A stretch of DNA of 64,000 nucleotides, from the NCBI GenBank assembly GCA_051362555.1, contig CM120646.1:18786001-18850000 (forward strand), read 5' to 3'. Made by a program: the position numbers and the translations under genes. The stretch's first letter is position 1; each line of letters begins with the position of its first letter. Source of the DNA: Lingula anatina. Taxonomy: Eukaryota > Animalia > Brachiopoda. The notes beneath the pieces were generated by a model. The model was given only the letters and a program-made list of their open reading frames with translations, did not search any database and was not told where the DNA came from. Below are positions 63,815 to 64,000 of this stretch, piece after piece.

Positions 63815-64000
63815 CTATGGGGAGGAAAGTGTCTACAGTAGGTTATATTTGAAATTCAGAAGCCATTTTCTATGTTTTACTTGCATGATGCTCACTGTTT
63901 GTGGGTCAGTAGAAAAGACTGGACATTTGACATTCCTTAGTATTTACAACTGCTATATGACACTTGTCATGGTGACAAGAATTATCCATATGACACCGGA

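Overview
AT-rich, intron-containing animal genomic DNA, probably a marine invertebrate (mollusc-like judging by its repeat types; an inference). I assembled the exons by hand from splice signals and reading phase. Left to right: a stand-alone p190-type RhoGAP-domain gene (-); an orphan signal-peptide exon (-); a ~4.5 kb tandem duplication carrying a TIL protease-inhibitor gene (-; second copy pseudogenised) head-to-head with a divergent glyoxalase I-like gene (+; both copies intact); SPO16/C1orf146 (-) head-to-head with ACBD5 (+); GABPA (-) head-to-head with ATP5PF/ATP5J (+); NKAPD1 (-) head-to-head with PIH1D2 (+); an 11-exon PhyH-family Fe(II)/2OG dioxygenase (-); then ~11 kb with no recognisable CDS. 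The GABPA-ATP5PF and NKAPD1-PIH1D2 pairs are also head-to-head in humans. Several MITEs (hAT-type, Harbinger-type, 5-bp TSD), a Helentron-like element with tandem cores and an intronic ~336-bp satellite are visible. Family assignments come from recalled motifs; no database search was run.
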